Both the position numbers and the translations under genes were made by a program. From Candidatus Vogelbacteria bacterium (GTDB lineage Bacteria > Patescibacteriota > Minisyncoccia > Phycocordibacterales > XYD1-FULL-46-19): DNA of 64,000 nt. Shown here piece after piece: positions 11,683 through 20,775 of this stretch (its first letter is position 1; the number at the start of each line of letters is the position of its first letter). The notes beneath the pieces were generated by a model. It ran no database searches and was not told the origin of the DNA. It worked only from the letters and a program-made list of their open reading frames with translations. The DNA is taken from the NCBI GenBank assembly GCA_021414225.1, contig JAIOOX010000004.1:2206-66205 (forward strand), in the 5' to 3' direction.

Positions 11683-13254
11683 TTACAGCTTATTGACCTC
11701 TTCAAACGGAATAATCCCCTGGAATGCCTTAAGCATAGCATCCTCTTTCATAGTCACGAAACCTTTACTTCTAGCATATTGATAAATATCCCCATCAGAC
11801 GGCGAATTTAGAATGATTTTCTCTAGTTCCCGATCCATCTCTAATAACTCAAAAGCGCCGATCCGGCCCTTGGTTCCCGCTGGACAAGTAGCGGTCTTTT
11901 TGGCTTCGTACACTTCATTAGGAATGACAATATCTTTTCTAAATTCTTCTGGTAGGTCTGCAAATTGTTTATCCACCATCATTCTCAAACTAGCATCCAG
12001 TGGCACTTGTTCCTTCTCTTCACAAATAACCGGGATCAAACGCTGACCGATCGCCAATACCAAAGTCGGTGGAATAAGGTAAGGTTCCACACCCATATCA
12101 ATCAGACGAGGGATCACTCCAGCCGCTGTGTTGGTGTGAATAGTAGAGAAAACCAAGTGACCAGTTAGTGAAGCCTGGATCGCCAAGCGGGCTGTCTCTT
12201 TATCGCGAATTTCACCGACCATGATAATGTCCGGATCTTGACGAAGGATCGAACGCAAACCATTAGCAAAAGTATAGTTAATTTCTGGTTGAACCTGAGA
12301 TTGGTTTACTCCCGGAATATCATATTCAATCGGATCTTCTAGACTAACCGCATTATTTTTTTCTTTATCAATCTCGCCCAACATCGAATACAAAGTGGTA
12401 GTTTTACCCGAACCAGTCGGACCAGTTAGTAAAATCAAACCATGAGGCCGAGCGATCGCACGGCGAACAGTTTCTAGGTTGCGATCATTTAGACCCAAAG
12501 AACTAAGAGTTACTAATTTCTTTTCCGGGTCAAGAATACGCATCACCACCTTCTCTCCAAAATAAGTTGGGAAAGTTGAGACACGAAAATCAATCTTTCG
12601 ACCTTCTACTTTGGCAGAAAAACGTCCATCTTGTGGTTTACGTTTTTCATCAAGCTTCATGTTGGTTAAAATTTTGATTCGAGCTACCACTGCATCGTGA
12701 ACTTGAAGTGGTAAAAACAAACTAGTATACAAAACACCATCCACTCGAAAACGCACCCTTATTTTGTCGGCTATTGGCTCAATGTGAATATCAGAAGCAT
12801 TACCAGAAGTAGCGTGTTGTAAAATCACCCCCACAATCTTCGTGACCGGGGCTTCTTCAATAATATTAGCTTTACCCTCACCTCGCTGAGCTCCGTCTTT
12901 AATCAATTCAGCCGGTGCCCCTTTCTGAGCTTCCACCTCGGCTCCCAATTGATTCAAAGCTTGATCCACTTCACCAGTCAAACCTTCGTAACTTTCGATC
13001 GCCGAGTTAAAATCTTCTTGAGAAATAAGAAAAATCTTCAACGGCATATCTACCTTAGAGGCAATAAACTGAGCCGCATCTCGAGCTTCGATATTTTCAG
13101 GATCAATCATCCCGATTTCCAAAATACCCTCCGTTACCCCAATCGGCAAAAACTTGTAGTAAGAAGCCGAGTCTCTCGGCACATACTTCAAAATATCATA
13201 AGGCAAGCGCTTGCCTCCCAAACTTCGAATGGGAATGTCAGGATTGATAGCCAT
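11683..13254 (-). CDS. pilB: type IV pilus assembly ATPase (GspE family)
   Basis: 523 aa. N-terminal GspE-N region, Walker A LTGPTGSGKTTT, and a tetracysteine-poor C-terminus. Confidence 0.9.
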   Translation of the reverse strand: MAINPDIPIRSLGGKRLPYDILKYVPRDSASYYKFLPIGVTEGILEIGMIDPENIEARDAAQFIASKVDMPLKIFLISQEDFNSAIESYEGLTGEVDQALNQLGAEVEAQKGAPAELIKDGAQRGEGKANIIEEAPVTKIVGVILQHATSGNASDIHIEPIADKIRVRFRVDGVLYTSLFLPLQVHDAVVARIKILTNMKLDEKRKPQDGRFSAKVEGRKIDFRVSTFPTYFGEKVVMRILDPEKKLVTLSSLGLNDRNLETVRRAIARPHGLILLTGPTGSGKTTTLYSMLGEIDKEKNNAVSLEDPIEYDIPGVNQSQVQPEINYTFANGLRSILRQDPDIIMVGEIRDKETARLAIQASLTGHLVFSTIHTNTAAGVIPRLIDMGVEPYLIPPTLVLAIGQRLIPVICEEKEQVPLDASLRMMVDKQFADLPEEFRKDIVIPNEVYEAKKTATCPAGTKGRIGAFELLEMDRELEKIILNSPSDGDIYQYARSKGFVTMKEDAMLKAFQGIIPFEEVNKL

Positions 13255-13276
13255 AATTTAGAATGAAATAAAAACT

Positions 13277-13657
13277 TTATCGAAAGAACTCATTGGCGGG
13301 AATTGGAGTTGTATTAATGTTGCCAGTTCCCAGCGGCGCAAACGGATTAGAACGGCCTTTCTGACGGTCAGGTAAAGGAGTGGTAAAGTCCTGCAAGTCA
13401 CCAGCAAAAGCTGGATTTGAAAAAATAGAACTTTTTAAATCAACCGAGCGTAGATTATTCAATAAAATCACAAACTCAGACGCTTCTGATTGATCACTCC
13501 CAGCCACATTAGAAGCGCCATCAGTGGTCAGTTGTTGAAGACCTAATTGATCATTGGTCTCAGCCTCTCCACCAAAAAAATAAAAATAACCAATAACACC
13601 AACTCCCACCAAGAGGACGACGATCAGAATATTAATAATGTTTTTAGAATTGGACAT
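13277..13657 (-). CDS. small membrane-anchored protein, possible PilP-like pilus assembly component
   Basis: Single N-terminal TM segment. Located between pilO and pilB. Confidence 0.35.
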   Translation of the reverse strand: MSNSKNIINILIVVLLVGVGVIGYFYFFGGEAETNDQLGLQQLTTDGASNVAGSDQSEASEFVILLNNLRSVDLKSSIFSNPAFAGDLQDFTTPLPDRQKGRSNPFAPLGTGNINTTPIPANEFFR

Positions 13658-13661
13658 ATTT

Positions 13662-14315
13662 TTATTTTAGCCAATAAGTAACTAAATCAACTTGGTATTG
13701 ATACTGACCACCAGCCAGCAATTGAGTGGAGGTCGCAGCCGCACCTGTCGCTGGTTGAGCAGAAAAAGATAATCTGGTCACATCTAAAACTCGCAAACTA
13801 CGGGTTAAATCGCCCATAAAAGCTCGCATTTGACTATAAGTACCAATCACCGCAAAAGATAAACCAACTTTTGTGATCGCCGGCTTGTTGACCAATGGCG
13901 ACGTATTGGCGGTGGCATCTACCCGACTAGCAGTACGACCAGTCTTATCTAAATCTGTATTTATTTTAACATCTTTCAATTGCATACCAGATTTTTGAGC
14001 AATAGTATTAACATCAACAATCAATTGAATGTCATCAACTGCATCAGGTAAAAAGACATCTAATTTTTTAATCTGCTCTGGGTCGATCTTTTGATATGTT
14101 GCTTCAAGATCTTGAGCTCGACCTTTAAGAGATTGAATGTCAGCAATAGCTTTATTGAGACTCTCTTTTTCAGCCAAGAGTGATTTAATACCACCACCTA
14201 CCTTCTGAGTAGCATCATCAAAAGTTCTTTGATTGTTAATAATCGGATCTGTTAGGAAATAAAATACCCCGCCGGCGCCGATGATGAGTAAAATTGGAAT
14301 TAAAAATCTGGTCAT
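13662..14315 (-). CDS. pilO: pilus assembly protein PilO-like
   Basis: N-terminal TM segment followed by a coiled-coil. Position directly after pilN. Confidence 0.55.
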   Translation of the reverse strand: MTRFLIPILLIIGAGGVFYFLTDPIINNQRTFDDATQKVGGGIKSLLAEKESLNKAIADIQSLKGRAQDLEATYQKIDPEQIKKLDVFLPDAVDDIQLIVDVNTIAQKSGMQLKDVKINTDLDKTGRTASRVDATANTSPLVNKPAITKVGLSFAVIGTYSQMRAFMGDLTRSLRVLDVTRLSFSAQPATGAAATSTQLLAGGQYQYQVDLVTYWLK

Positions 14316-14317
14316 AA

Positions 14318-15022
14318 TTATTGGTTGGTACTAGTAGCTGATACGGTTGAACTAGCTGACACACCACTATTCACAACCGGCAGCTGATTAATTACCGATT
14401 GTTGTTCAGCTTGATTCTGTTGAACTAAAGCTTGGTAAGAAGTCAGATCTTTGTTTACAGTCAGAGCTAATTTAAAAGTAATATTTCCCTTAGGGTCTAA
14501 ACCTAGGCCAGAGAATACGGCGTTATTTACTAGATCACTAGATTTAAAGGCTTTTAGTTGAACGGCAATATCTTCATAACCTAAAGCTACCCCCTCCAAA
14601 GTGATTCCTTTGTCAGAAAAATCAAATTTTGTATAACGAATAGTCTGTAGAGTTAATTCTTGAATTTTATCAAACAGAGGCAACAAAGTAGCGTGATTGT
14701 TGATAATACCAGAGGCAGCTTTCATTTTGGCATCCAACCTAGCAAAGCGTACTATTCGATCAACCTGTAATTCCCGCTTGTCGTGTTCTAATGATTCTCT
14801 CAAACCACAACCTTGATCGCTACCAGCTTGGCAAGGACGATTGATCGAGTCAGACAAAATATATTGATATCCATAAGCTCCGGCAAAAGCCACTAAAGAT
14901 AAACCAAAAATAACCATAGCAATCAACATCAACAAACCAAGTGACGCTTTAGAAGCCGCTGAATTAGCGTTATTGGTGAAATTTTGTTTAGGAATAAATG
15001 ATGATTGGATACCTTCTGGCAT
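14318..15022 (-). CDS. pilN: pilus assembly protein PilN-like
   Basis: N-terminal TM segment. Position directly after pilM. Confidence 0.55.
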   Translation of the reverse strand: MPEGIQSSFIPKQNFTNNANSAASKASLGLLMLIAMVIFGLSLVAFAGAYGYQYILSDSINRPCQAGSDQGCGLRESLEHDKRELQVDRIVRFARLDAKMKAASGIINNHATLLPLFDKIQELTLQTIRYTKFDFSDKGITLEGVALGYEDIAVQLKAFKSSDLVNNAVFSGLGLDPKGNITFKLALTVNKDLTSYQALVQQNQAEQQSVINQLPVVNSGVSASSTVSATSTNQ

Positions 15023-15034
15023 AGTATAAAAATT

Positions 15035-16162
15035 TTATGATTCTTGCAGAGCCCTCATCGCTACCCCGATAGCAACCGCAAAGCTCGGACCAACTTCGGA
15101 TAGGACTGGTGATAAAAAAGCCGGCGCTTGCACTCGCTCGAAAGGATTACCAAAAACGATTGGAGCATACACATGCTGACTAGCAATCTCTTTGATCCCT
15201 TTTAATGAAGCACCGCCGCCAATTAAAATAACTTTATCAACACTGCGGTTATACTTCTTCTGATAGTTTACCATAACTCTAGTTACTTCTGAAAATATGT
15301 ATTCCACAATTGGACTCAGAGTAGCCGTCAAAGACCCTCCGTCAACTTTTTCCACCAAACCGATTCGACGTTTTATCTCTTCGGCTTTAATAAAAGGAAT
15401 ATTTAATGACCGAGCGATAGCATGAGTAACATCTTGTGATCCTTTACTAATAGTATGAGACAACCGAACCACTCCGTAATCAATAATAACCACTTTCGTC
15501 GAAGCGGCCCCTAGGTCAACGATCACCGTCGCCCCTAAATCATTTTGTAAAGAACTTCGCATAGCACTAAAAGTTTCAATTTCTAAAAATTTAGTTTCCA
15601 CTCCAACAGCGGTACTAATATCTTGAAATTGTTTGATCGTATCTTTGTGGACCGCTACCACCAAAACGTTCGTCATCGCGAGCGCTCCCCCTTTACGTTC
15701 TCGATCCACATCGTCTAAATTTTCTGTAGTTGATTTCGGAATCACCCACCAATCCAAAGCCACTTCGGAGATAGGTACTGGTACATACTTGCGAGCTTCG
15801 ATAGGAATTATCTGGTCCAAATTATTATTGACTGACTCTGGTACTTCAATCGCCACCAATAAACTAGATTTAAGTGGAATAGATAAGCCACCAACTTTGG
15901 TGGTGATGGCTGATTCTCGAAATAAGTCTTTAATCAACTCAGCTGTTTTGGCTGGTGATAGATTTACCGCTTGACCAACTGAGGCACCACCATAAGGACC
16001 AGCTGATAGCTCACCATAGGTTTCCAAAATCATCTGACCTTTGTCTTTTCGCAACTGAACAACTTTAATCGAGGACGAACCAATATCAAGACCAACAACA
16101 CTAGTGTCGCCTTTAGAAAATAAAGAACCTAAAGTAAATAGCTTCGATAGCGGATTATCCAT
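15035..16162 (-). CDS. pilM: pilus assembly ATPase-like actin-fold protein
   Basis: VVGLDIGSSSIKVVQL N-terminus and an FtsA/PilM-like fold. Confidence 0.8.
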   Translation of the reverse strand: MDNPLSKLFTLGSLFSKGDTSVVGLDIGSSSIKVVQLRKDKGQMILETYGELSAGPYGGASVGQAVNLSPAKTAELIKDLFRESAITTKVGGLSIPLKSSLLVAIEVPESVNNNLDQIIPIEARKYVPVPISEVALDWWVIPKSTTENLDDVDRERKGGALAMTNVLVVAVHKDTIKQFQDISTAVGVETKFLEIETFSAMRSSLQNDLGATVIVDLGAASTKVVIIDYGVVRLSHTISKGSQDVTHAIARSLNIPFIKAEEIKRRIGLVEKVDGGSLTATLSPIVEYIFSEVTRVMVNYQKKYNRSVDKVILIGGGASLKGIKEIASQHVYAPIVFGNPFERVQAPAFLSPVLSEVGPSFAVAIGVAMRALQES

Positions 16163-16218
16163 TTAGAGATTTTTCAAAAATGTTATTATATAGCAGTATA
16201 TCATAGCCTTATTACTAT

Positions 16219-16884
16219 ATGGAGAAGTTACTACAACTTATCCACACGATTATTGATTTAATTTTCCCTCACACGTGCGTTGGTTGTAAAAAAACCGGCC
16301 AATTGTTGTGTGACGCTTGTGAAAACTCTTTACTAATGACACCAATTTTTGTGTCAGAAAATATTACAGCTCTTTTTCCGTACCATCACGGAATAATTAA
16401 AAAATTATTGTGGCAACTGAAATATAAACAGTCTGCTGAAGTGGCTAATATCTTAGCACCATATTTAGCGGACATACTTTTAGAAAACAGTGCTGACAAA
16501 TTAGCCCTAAATTTGAAAGCAGAACCAATTATTTTAATCCCCGCTCCCATGTCGAGATTGAGAAAGCGGGAACGTGGTTTTAACCAAGCCAGCAAACTAG
16601 CCCAAGCCTTAGCCAGACTTCATCCGAACATTTTTGTGGTTGACGAAACTATTGTGAAAAAAATTAAAGAAACGAAACCACAGGTAACCTGTCGAACTAG
16701 AACGGAACGATTAAATAACGTCAAAAACGCTTTTGAGGCCCATCTACCTAACGGAATGCACCACCATCACTTCATCATAATCGACGATGTCAGCACCACT
16801 GGTGCCACCCTTGATGAAATAATTAAGGCCTTACGAAAAACCGCCGCCGAGAATATCTCGGCGGCGGTTATCGCTCACGGTTAA
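16219..16884 (+). CDS. comFC: ComF family competence protein (phosphoribosyltransferase domain)
   Basis: N-terminal CxxC...CxxC zinc finger and a C-terminal PRTase motif FIIIDDVSTTGATL. Confidence 0.8.
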   Translation: MEKLLQLIHTIIDLIFPHTCVGCKKTGQLLCDACENSLLMTPIFVSENITALFPYHHGIIKKLLWQLKYKQSAEVANILAPYLADILLENSADKLALNLKAEPIILIPAPMSRLRKRERGFNQASKLAQALARLHPNIFVVDETIVKKIKETKPQVTCRTRTERLNNVKNAFEAHLPNGMHHHHFIIIDDVSTTGATLDEIIKALRKTAAENISAAVIAHG

Positions 16885-16891
16885 AAATCGA

Positions 16892-17146
16892 TTATGACAA
16901 GTGCTTAGAAACAAGCTTGGTCATCTCAAACATGTTGACCATTTTCTTGCCATCAAAAACTTTAGTTAAGTTTTCATCAGCATTAATATTTCGCTTGTTC
17001 TTTGGATCTTGCAGATCATGCTTCTTGATATAAACCCAAAGTGCTTTTACAACTTCAGATCGAGGCATTGGACCTTTGCCAACCACAGCGGCTAAGTCGT
17101 CACTAATGGTCATTGGCTTCATAAATGCAGAATTGGCATTTGGCAT
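16892..17146 (-). CDS. SWIB/MDM2-domain protein
   Basis: LAAVVGKGPMPRSEVVKALWVYIKKHDLQDPKNKRNINAD matches the bacterial SWIB domain pattern. The start is uncertain, and the long N-terminal extension in the ORF track was discarded. Confidence 0.6.
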   Translation of the reverse strand: MPNANSAFMKPMTISDDLAAVVGKGPMPRSEVVKALWVYIKKHDLQDPKNKRNINADENLTKVFDGKKMVNMFEMTKLVSKHLS

Positions 17147-17266
17147 ATTAATTGTGTCGATTACTAATATGAAAGGTACTATACAACAGTTTGAGAAAAA
17201 ATGCGAGATAACCACCTTAATCCACCATGGCATATCAATAAAAGTTATGTTACGATGACGCCTATT

Positions 17267-17355
17267 GGAGGGGTGGCTGAGTGGCCGAAAGCGCCTCACT
17301 GCTAACGAGGTAGGGGCTTTAAAACCTCTCGCGGGTTCGAATCCCGCCCCCTCCG
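17267..17355 (+). tRNA. tRNA-Ser(GCU), class II with long variable arm
   Basis: Acceptor stem GGAGGGG/CCCCTCC. Anticodon loop CUGCUAA. T-arm GCGGGTTCGAATCCCGC. Confidence 0.8.
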
Positions 17356-17395
17356 CAAAATAAAGAGCTCAAAGCAGGGCTTTGTAGCGACTATA

Positions 17396-17465
17396 TTTTT
17401 GCGAGAGTGGGGCGGGATTCGAACGCCGGAGCGGGCGAAGCCCAAACTCAGCAGAGTTTGTTCGC
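17396..17465 (-). other. inverted, degenerate copy of the tRNA-Ser 3' half followed by a stem-loop; not a foldable tRNA
   Basis: The minus strand reads ggcgttcgaatcccgccccactctcgcaaaaa, compared with gggttcgaatcccgccccctccgcaaaa for the tRNA 3' end. An adjacent 31-nt hairpin lies at 17435-17465. Confidence 0.4.
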
Positions 17466-17539
17466 GAGGCGATGCCTAGACCAAAATTTAGTGACGACCA
17501 AGTTTTGAGTCGAAGGAGAATCCTGCAAAAAAGAAGACT

Positions 17540-17629
17540 GGAGAGATGGATGAGTGGCTTAAATCAACGGTTTACTAAACCGTCGAACCTTAATTGGTTC
17601 CGTGGGTTCGAATCCCACTCTCTCCGCCA
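17540..17629 (+). tRNA. class II tRNA (long variable arm, CCA encoded); anticodon loop UUACUAA gives apparent anticodon ACU
   Basis: Acceptor stem GGAGAGA/TCTCTCC. T-arm GTGGGTTCGAATCCCAC. A 5-bp variable-arm stem. The genomic 3' end is CCA. Confidence 0.75.
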
Positions 17630-17663
17630 AAAAGAAATTCTATCTCATGATAGAATTAATCAG

Positions 17664-17831
17664 ATGGAATCTCGCAATAAACTCATCTGGCTATTAATGA
17701 TTATCGGCAGTGCTGTCGGTGGCTTTATCCCCTCCCTTTGGGGCTCGGACGTCTTCTCTATTTCTTCAGTTATTTTTACTGCCATCGGTGGTTTTGTTGG
17801 TATTTGGTTAGGCTTTAAATTGGGTAGTTAG
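17664..17831 (+). CDS. small glycine-zipper membrane protein (GlsB/YeaQ/YmgE-like)
   Basis: 55 aa with GxxxG-rich TM helices. It is the only plausible part of ORF 17472..17831, whose 5' portion overlaps the tRNA. Confidence 0.4.
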   Translation: MESRNKLIWLLMIIGSAVGGFIPSLWGSDVFSISSVIFTAIGGFVGIWLGFKLGS

Positions 17832-17955
17832 GTATAGATTCCCTTATTACTGACCATTTTCTGCCAACCGGCGATCAACTTAAAATGCTCTGGAGACCGT
17901 GCTCATTATTTAGATTCAAGCCAAAAAAGCAGAACAAAACTTAAAAAAATTTACC

Positions 17956-18477
17956 TTACTCAGCCTCAACTTCAAGATAACCATCAGCACCAAGCCATAG
18001 TTTCTTTTGCTCGCCAGTGGGAGTAGACCATTCAATTTTTATAACATCATTAACACTTCGAATTGTTTTAATACTTAAGCTACTACCTACACCACCGGGA
18101 AAATCACTAAAACTAATTTCCATATCTGGTTGGTTAGACCGATGTTTAATCAATCTACCACCCTCAATATCTAAATCAAAATAATTCTGGTAAAGCCACT
18201 GCTTAGCATCTTCTCCAACTTCATAATTAGTGGTATTTTCAGATTCGATACTTTGAACTTCTGACACACCAATTTTTTTTGATAACTGCCTCAACACAGC
18301 TTCTCTAAGTTTTTCATCACCCTCAAGAGCCTCTAAAATATTCTTAACCCTAGCGTCAAAAAGTTTTTCATTCAAAGATTGAGGTGACTCCTCTGAACCC
18401 CTAAGCAGCTCTTCTTCAAATGATAGGGCTTCATCTACTGCTTCATTGGCACCAAAACCTTCAATTCCATTATTCAT
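17956..18477 (-). CDS. hypothetical acidic protein
   Basis: 173-aa ORF with no recognisable motifs. Confidence 0.5.
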   Translation of the reverse strand: MNNGIEGFGANEAVDEALSFEEELLRGSEESPQSLNEKLFDARVKNILEALEGDEKLREAVLRQLSKKIGVSEVQSIESENTTNYEVGEDAKQWLYQNYFDLDIEGGRLIKHRSNQPDMEISFSDFPGGVGSSLSIKTIRSVNDVIKIEWSTPTGEQKKLWLGADGYLEVEAE

Positions 18478-18583
18478 AGTGAGTCTATTATATTGGTTTA
18501 GTAACCAGTTTATAATAAATTACCTGCGATAAAAAAACAATTTACAAACGAGTATAAGGCATTTTTTATAGTACAATACAAAC

Positions 18584-20713
18584 ATGAATCCTCTAGAGCC
18601 TTTAATTAAACATTTCCGCCTTACTGGTGATCAACTAAAAGCCCTCGAAAAACTAAAGATTAAAACCCTGCAAGATTTACTACTTCACCTTCCCTCTCGC
18701 TATGCTAGACAAGGTGAAGCCAAACAAATTGCCGATTTAGTGGTAGGCGAAAACGCGATCATCTACGGCAAAGTGGTTAAAACCAAGATCAGTAAAGCCT
18801 GGAAAAAGAAAATTCCAATGTCAGAGGCAGTGATTGAAGACGGCTCGGGTAAAATCAAGGCGATCTGGTTCCACCAAGCCTACATGGTTAAGAAAGTACC
18901 CGAAGGGGCTTTGGCTCAATTTTCCGGCAAAGTCACCGAACGTAATGGTGAAAAATATTTAGCCAACCCTGATATTGGTGGTAACGAAGTAGTCCCCGGC
19001 AATTCATTATTTGCTTCAGATGAGGCCATGAATTTACAAGCAGTCTATCCCGAAACTCGCGGTCTGTCTTCGGGTTGGCTTTACTATCGTATCCAAACTT
19101 TACTCGGAAAGCATACTCATGAACAACTTCCTGACCCGATCCCAAGTGAAATGTTAAAAAGATACAATCTCCCTACCCTCTCCACCGCTTTGGTTTGGAT
19201 CCACACCCCCAAAAATGGTCGTGATGCGGAAGCCGCTCGCAAACGATTTGCTTTTCAAGAAATCTTTTTTATTCAACTTGATCGGATTGATAAACGTAAT
19301 CGCTATCAATCCAATCTGTCTTTCAAAGTTAAGACTAGCTCGGAAGATATAAAAACTTTTACCGACCGTTTTCCTTTTCCCCTAACAAACGCCCAAACTA
19401 AAGCCATTGCCAATATTACGAGCGACTTTACTAAAGACAAACCAATGACTCGCCTCCTCGAAGGTGATGTTGGTTCTGGTAAAACAGCCGTCGCTGCAGC
19501 CACCGCTTTTGCCGCAGTCAAAGCCGGATTTGAAGTAGCTTATATGGTACCAACCGAAATATTGGCTCGCCAACATTTCGAATCGTTCATTAAATATTTT
19601 GAACATATGCACGTGGCGGTAGGCTTGATGACTGGTAGTGAGTGCCGTAAATTTCCCTCCAAGATCTACAAGGAACAACACACTCACATTTCTCGACCAC
19701 AACTCTTAAAATGGGTAGCTAACGGAGATATTCCGATTGTGATTGGGACTCACTCACTGATTCAAAAATCAGTGAAGTTCAAAAAATTATCCTACGTTAT
19801 TATCGACGAACAACATCGCTTCGGCGTCATGCAACGGGGCAAACTTCTCAAACAAGGTGGTGGTCACAGTGAAGTGCCACACCTACTTTCGATGACCGCC
19901 ACACCTATTCCCCGCACTTTGTCTCTGACTATTTATGGCGACTTAGATTTAACTCTACTTGATGAATTGCCGGCCGGCCGCAAACCAGTAATTACTAAAA
20001 TCATTAAACCAGACGAGCGTGAAAAAGCTTATGAGACCGTTAGGCAAGAGTTAAAGGCCGGCCGACAATTATATGTAATTTGTCCGCGTATTGATGAACC
20101 AGACCCGGATAAAGAATTTGCCCTGCAAACAAAATCAGCCAAAGCAGAAAGTCTACGCCTAAAGAAAAATGTTTTTCCCGAATACGAAATCGGCTTAGTC
20201 CATAGTAAATTAAAACCTAAAGACAAAGAAAAAGTCATGGCTGATTTTACAGCTGGTAAAATTGATATCTTAGTCTCCACTTCCGTAGTCGAAGTTGGAG
20301 TTAATGTCCCTAACGCTACTAATATTATTATTGAGGGCTCAGAACGTTTTGGCTTAGCTCAACTCCACCAATTGCGCGGTCGTGTCTTGCGCAGCTCTCA
20401 TCAAGCCTATTGTTATTTACTGACTGAAACCAAAAATGAAAAATCTCTAACACGCCTCGACAAACTCATCACCGCTAAAAATGGTTTTGAACTAGCTGAG
20501 GCTGATCTTATGCTTCGTGGTGGTGGCACTCTAGCTGGGAGTAAACAGTGGGGTTTGTCTGATCTAGCCATGGATGCTATTCGTAATCTCAAGCTCGTTG
20601 AAGCTGCTCGCACCGAAGCCGAAAAACTATTAACTCAAGATCCTGACCTAAAAAAATATCCCCTTCTCAAAGACCGTCTCGACACCAAACCAGTCGATAT
20701 CCATTTTGAATAA
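18584..20713 (+). CDS. recG: ATP-dependent DNA helicase RecG
   Basis: 709 aa with an N-terminal wedge region. Helicase motifs DVGSGKT, DEQHRFG, TATPIPRT and QLRGRV. Confidence 0.9.
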   Translation: MNPLEPLIKHFRLTGDQLKALEKLKIKTLQDLLLHLPSRYARQGEAKQIADLVVGENAIIYGKVVKTKISKAWKKKIPMSEAVIEDGSGKIKAIWFHQAYMVKKVPEGALAQFSGKVTERNGEKYLANPDIGGNEVVPGNSLFASDEAMNLQAVYPETRGLSSGWLYYRIQTLLGKHTHEQLPDPIPSEMLKRYNLPTLSTALVWIHTPKNGRDAEAARKRFAFQEIFFIQLDRIDKRNRYQSNLSFKVKTSSEDIKTFTDRFPFPLTNAQTKAIANITSDFTKDKPMTRLLEGDVGSGKTAVAAATAFAAVKAGFEVAYMVPTEILARQHFESFIKYFEHMHVAVGLMTGSECRKFPSKIYKEQHTHISRPQLLKWVANGDIPIVIGTHSLIQKSVKFKKLSYVIIDEQHRFGVMQRGKLLKQGGGHSEVPHLLSMTATPIPRTLSLTIYGDLDLTLLDELPAGRKPVITKIIKPDEREKAYETVRQELKAGRQLYVICPRIDEPDPDKEFALQTKSAKAESLRLKKNVFPEYEIGLVHSKLKPKDKEKVMADFTAGKIDILVSTSVVEVGVNVPNATNIIIEGSERFGLAQLHQLRGRVLRSSHQAYCYLLTETKNEKSLTRLDKLITAKNGFELAEADLMLRGGGTLAGSKQWGLSDLAMDAIRNLKLVEAARTEAEKLLTQDPDLKKYPLLKDRLDTKPVDIHFE

Positions 20714-20726
20714 AATTTAACAAAAC

Positions 20727-20751
20727 AAAAACCGCTCTAGGGCGGTTTTTG
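20727..20751. terminator. bidirectional intrinsic terminator between convergent recG and surface-protein gene
   Basis: aaaaaccgctctagggcggttttt. Confidence 0.6.
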
Positions 20752-20775
20752 TAAAAGTCATAACTATAACTACTC

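Noticed and set aside
16244-16252. TTATCCACA DnaA-box consensus
   Set aside because: This is a single occurrence inside the comFC coding sequence, not a cluster and not intergenic. It is not evidence for an origin of replication.
17396-17480. Possible third tRNA between the two class II tRNAs (GATTCGAAC motif on the plus strand)
   Set aside because: The T-arm would need a 4-bp stem with a 9-nt loop. No acceptor-stem partner exists. It is better explained as an inverted degenerate copy of the tRNA-Ser 3' half.
17472-17831. 119-aa ORF on the plus strand
   Set aside because: Its first two-thirds runs through the tRNA at 17540-17629. Only the C-terminal 55 codons (17664-17831) are retained, as a possible small membrane protein.
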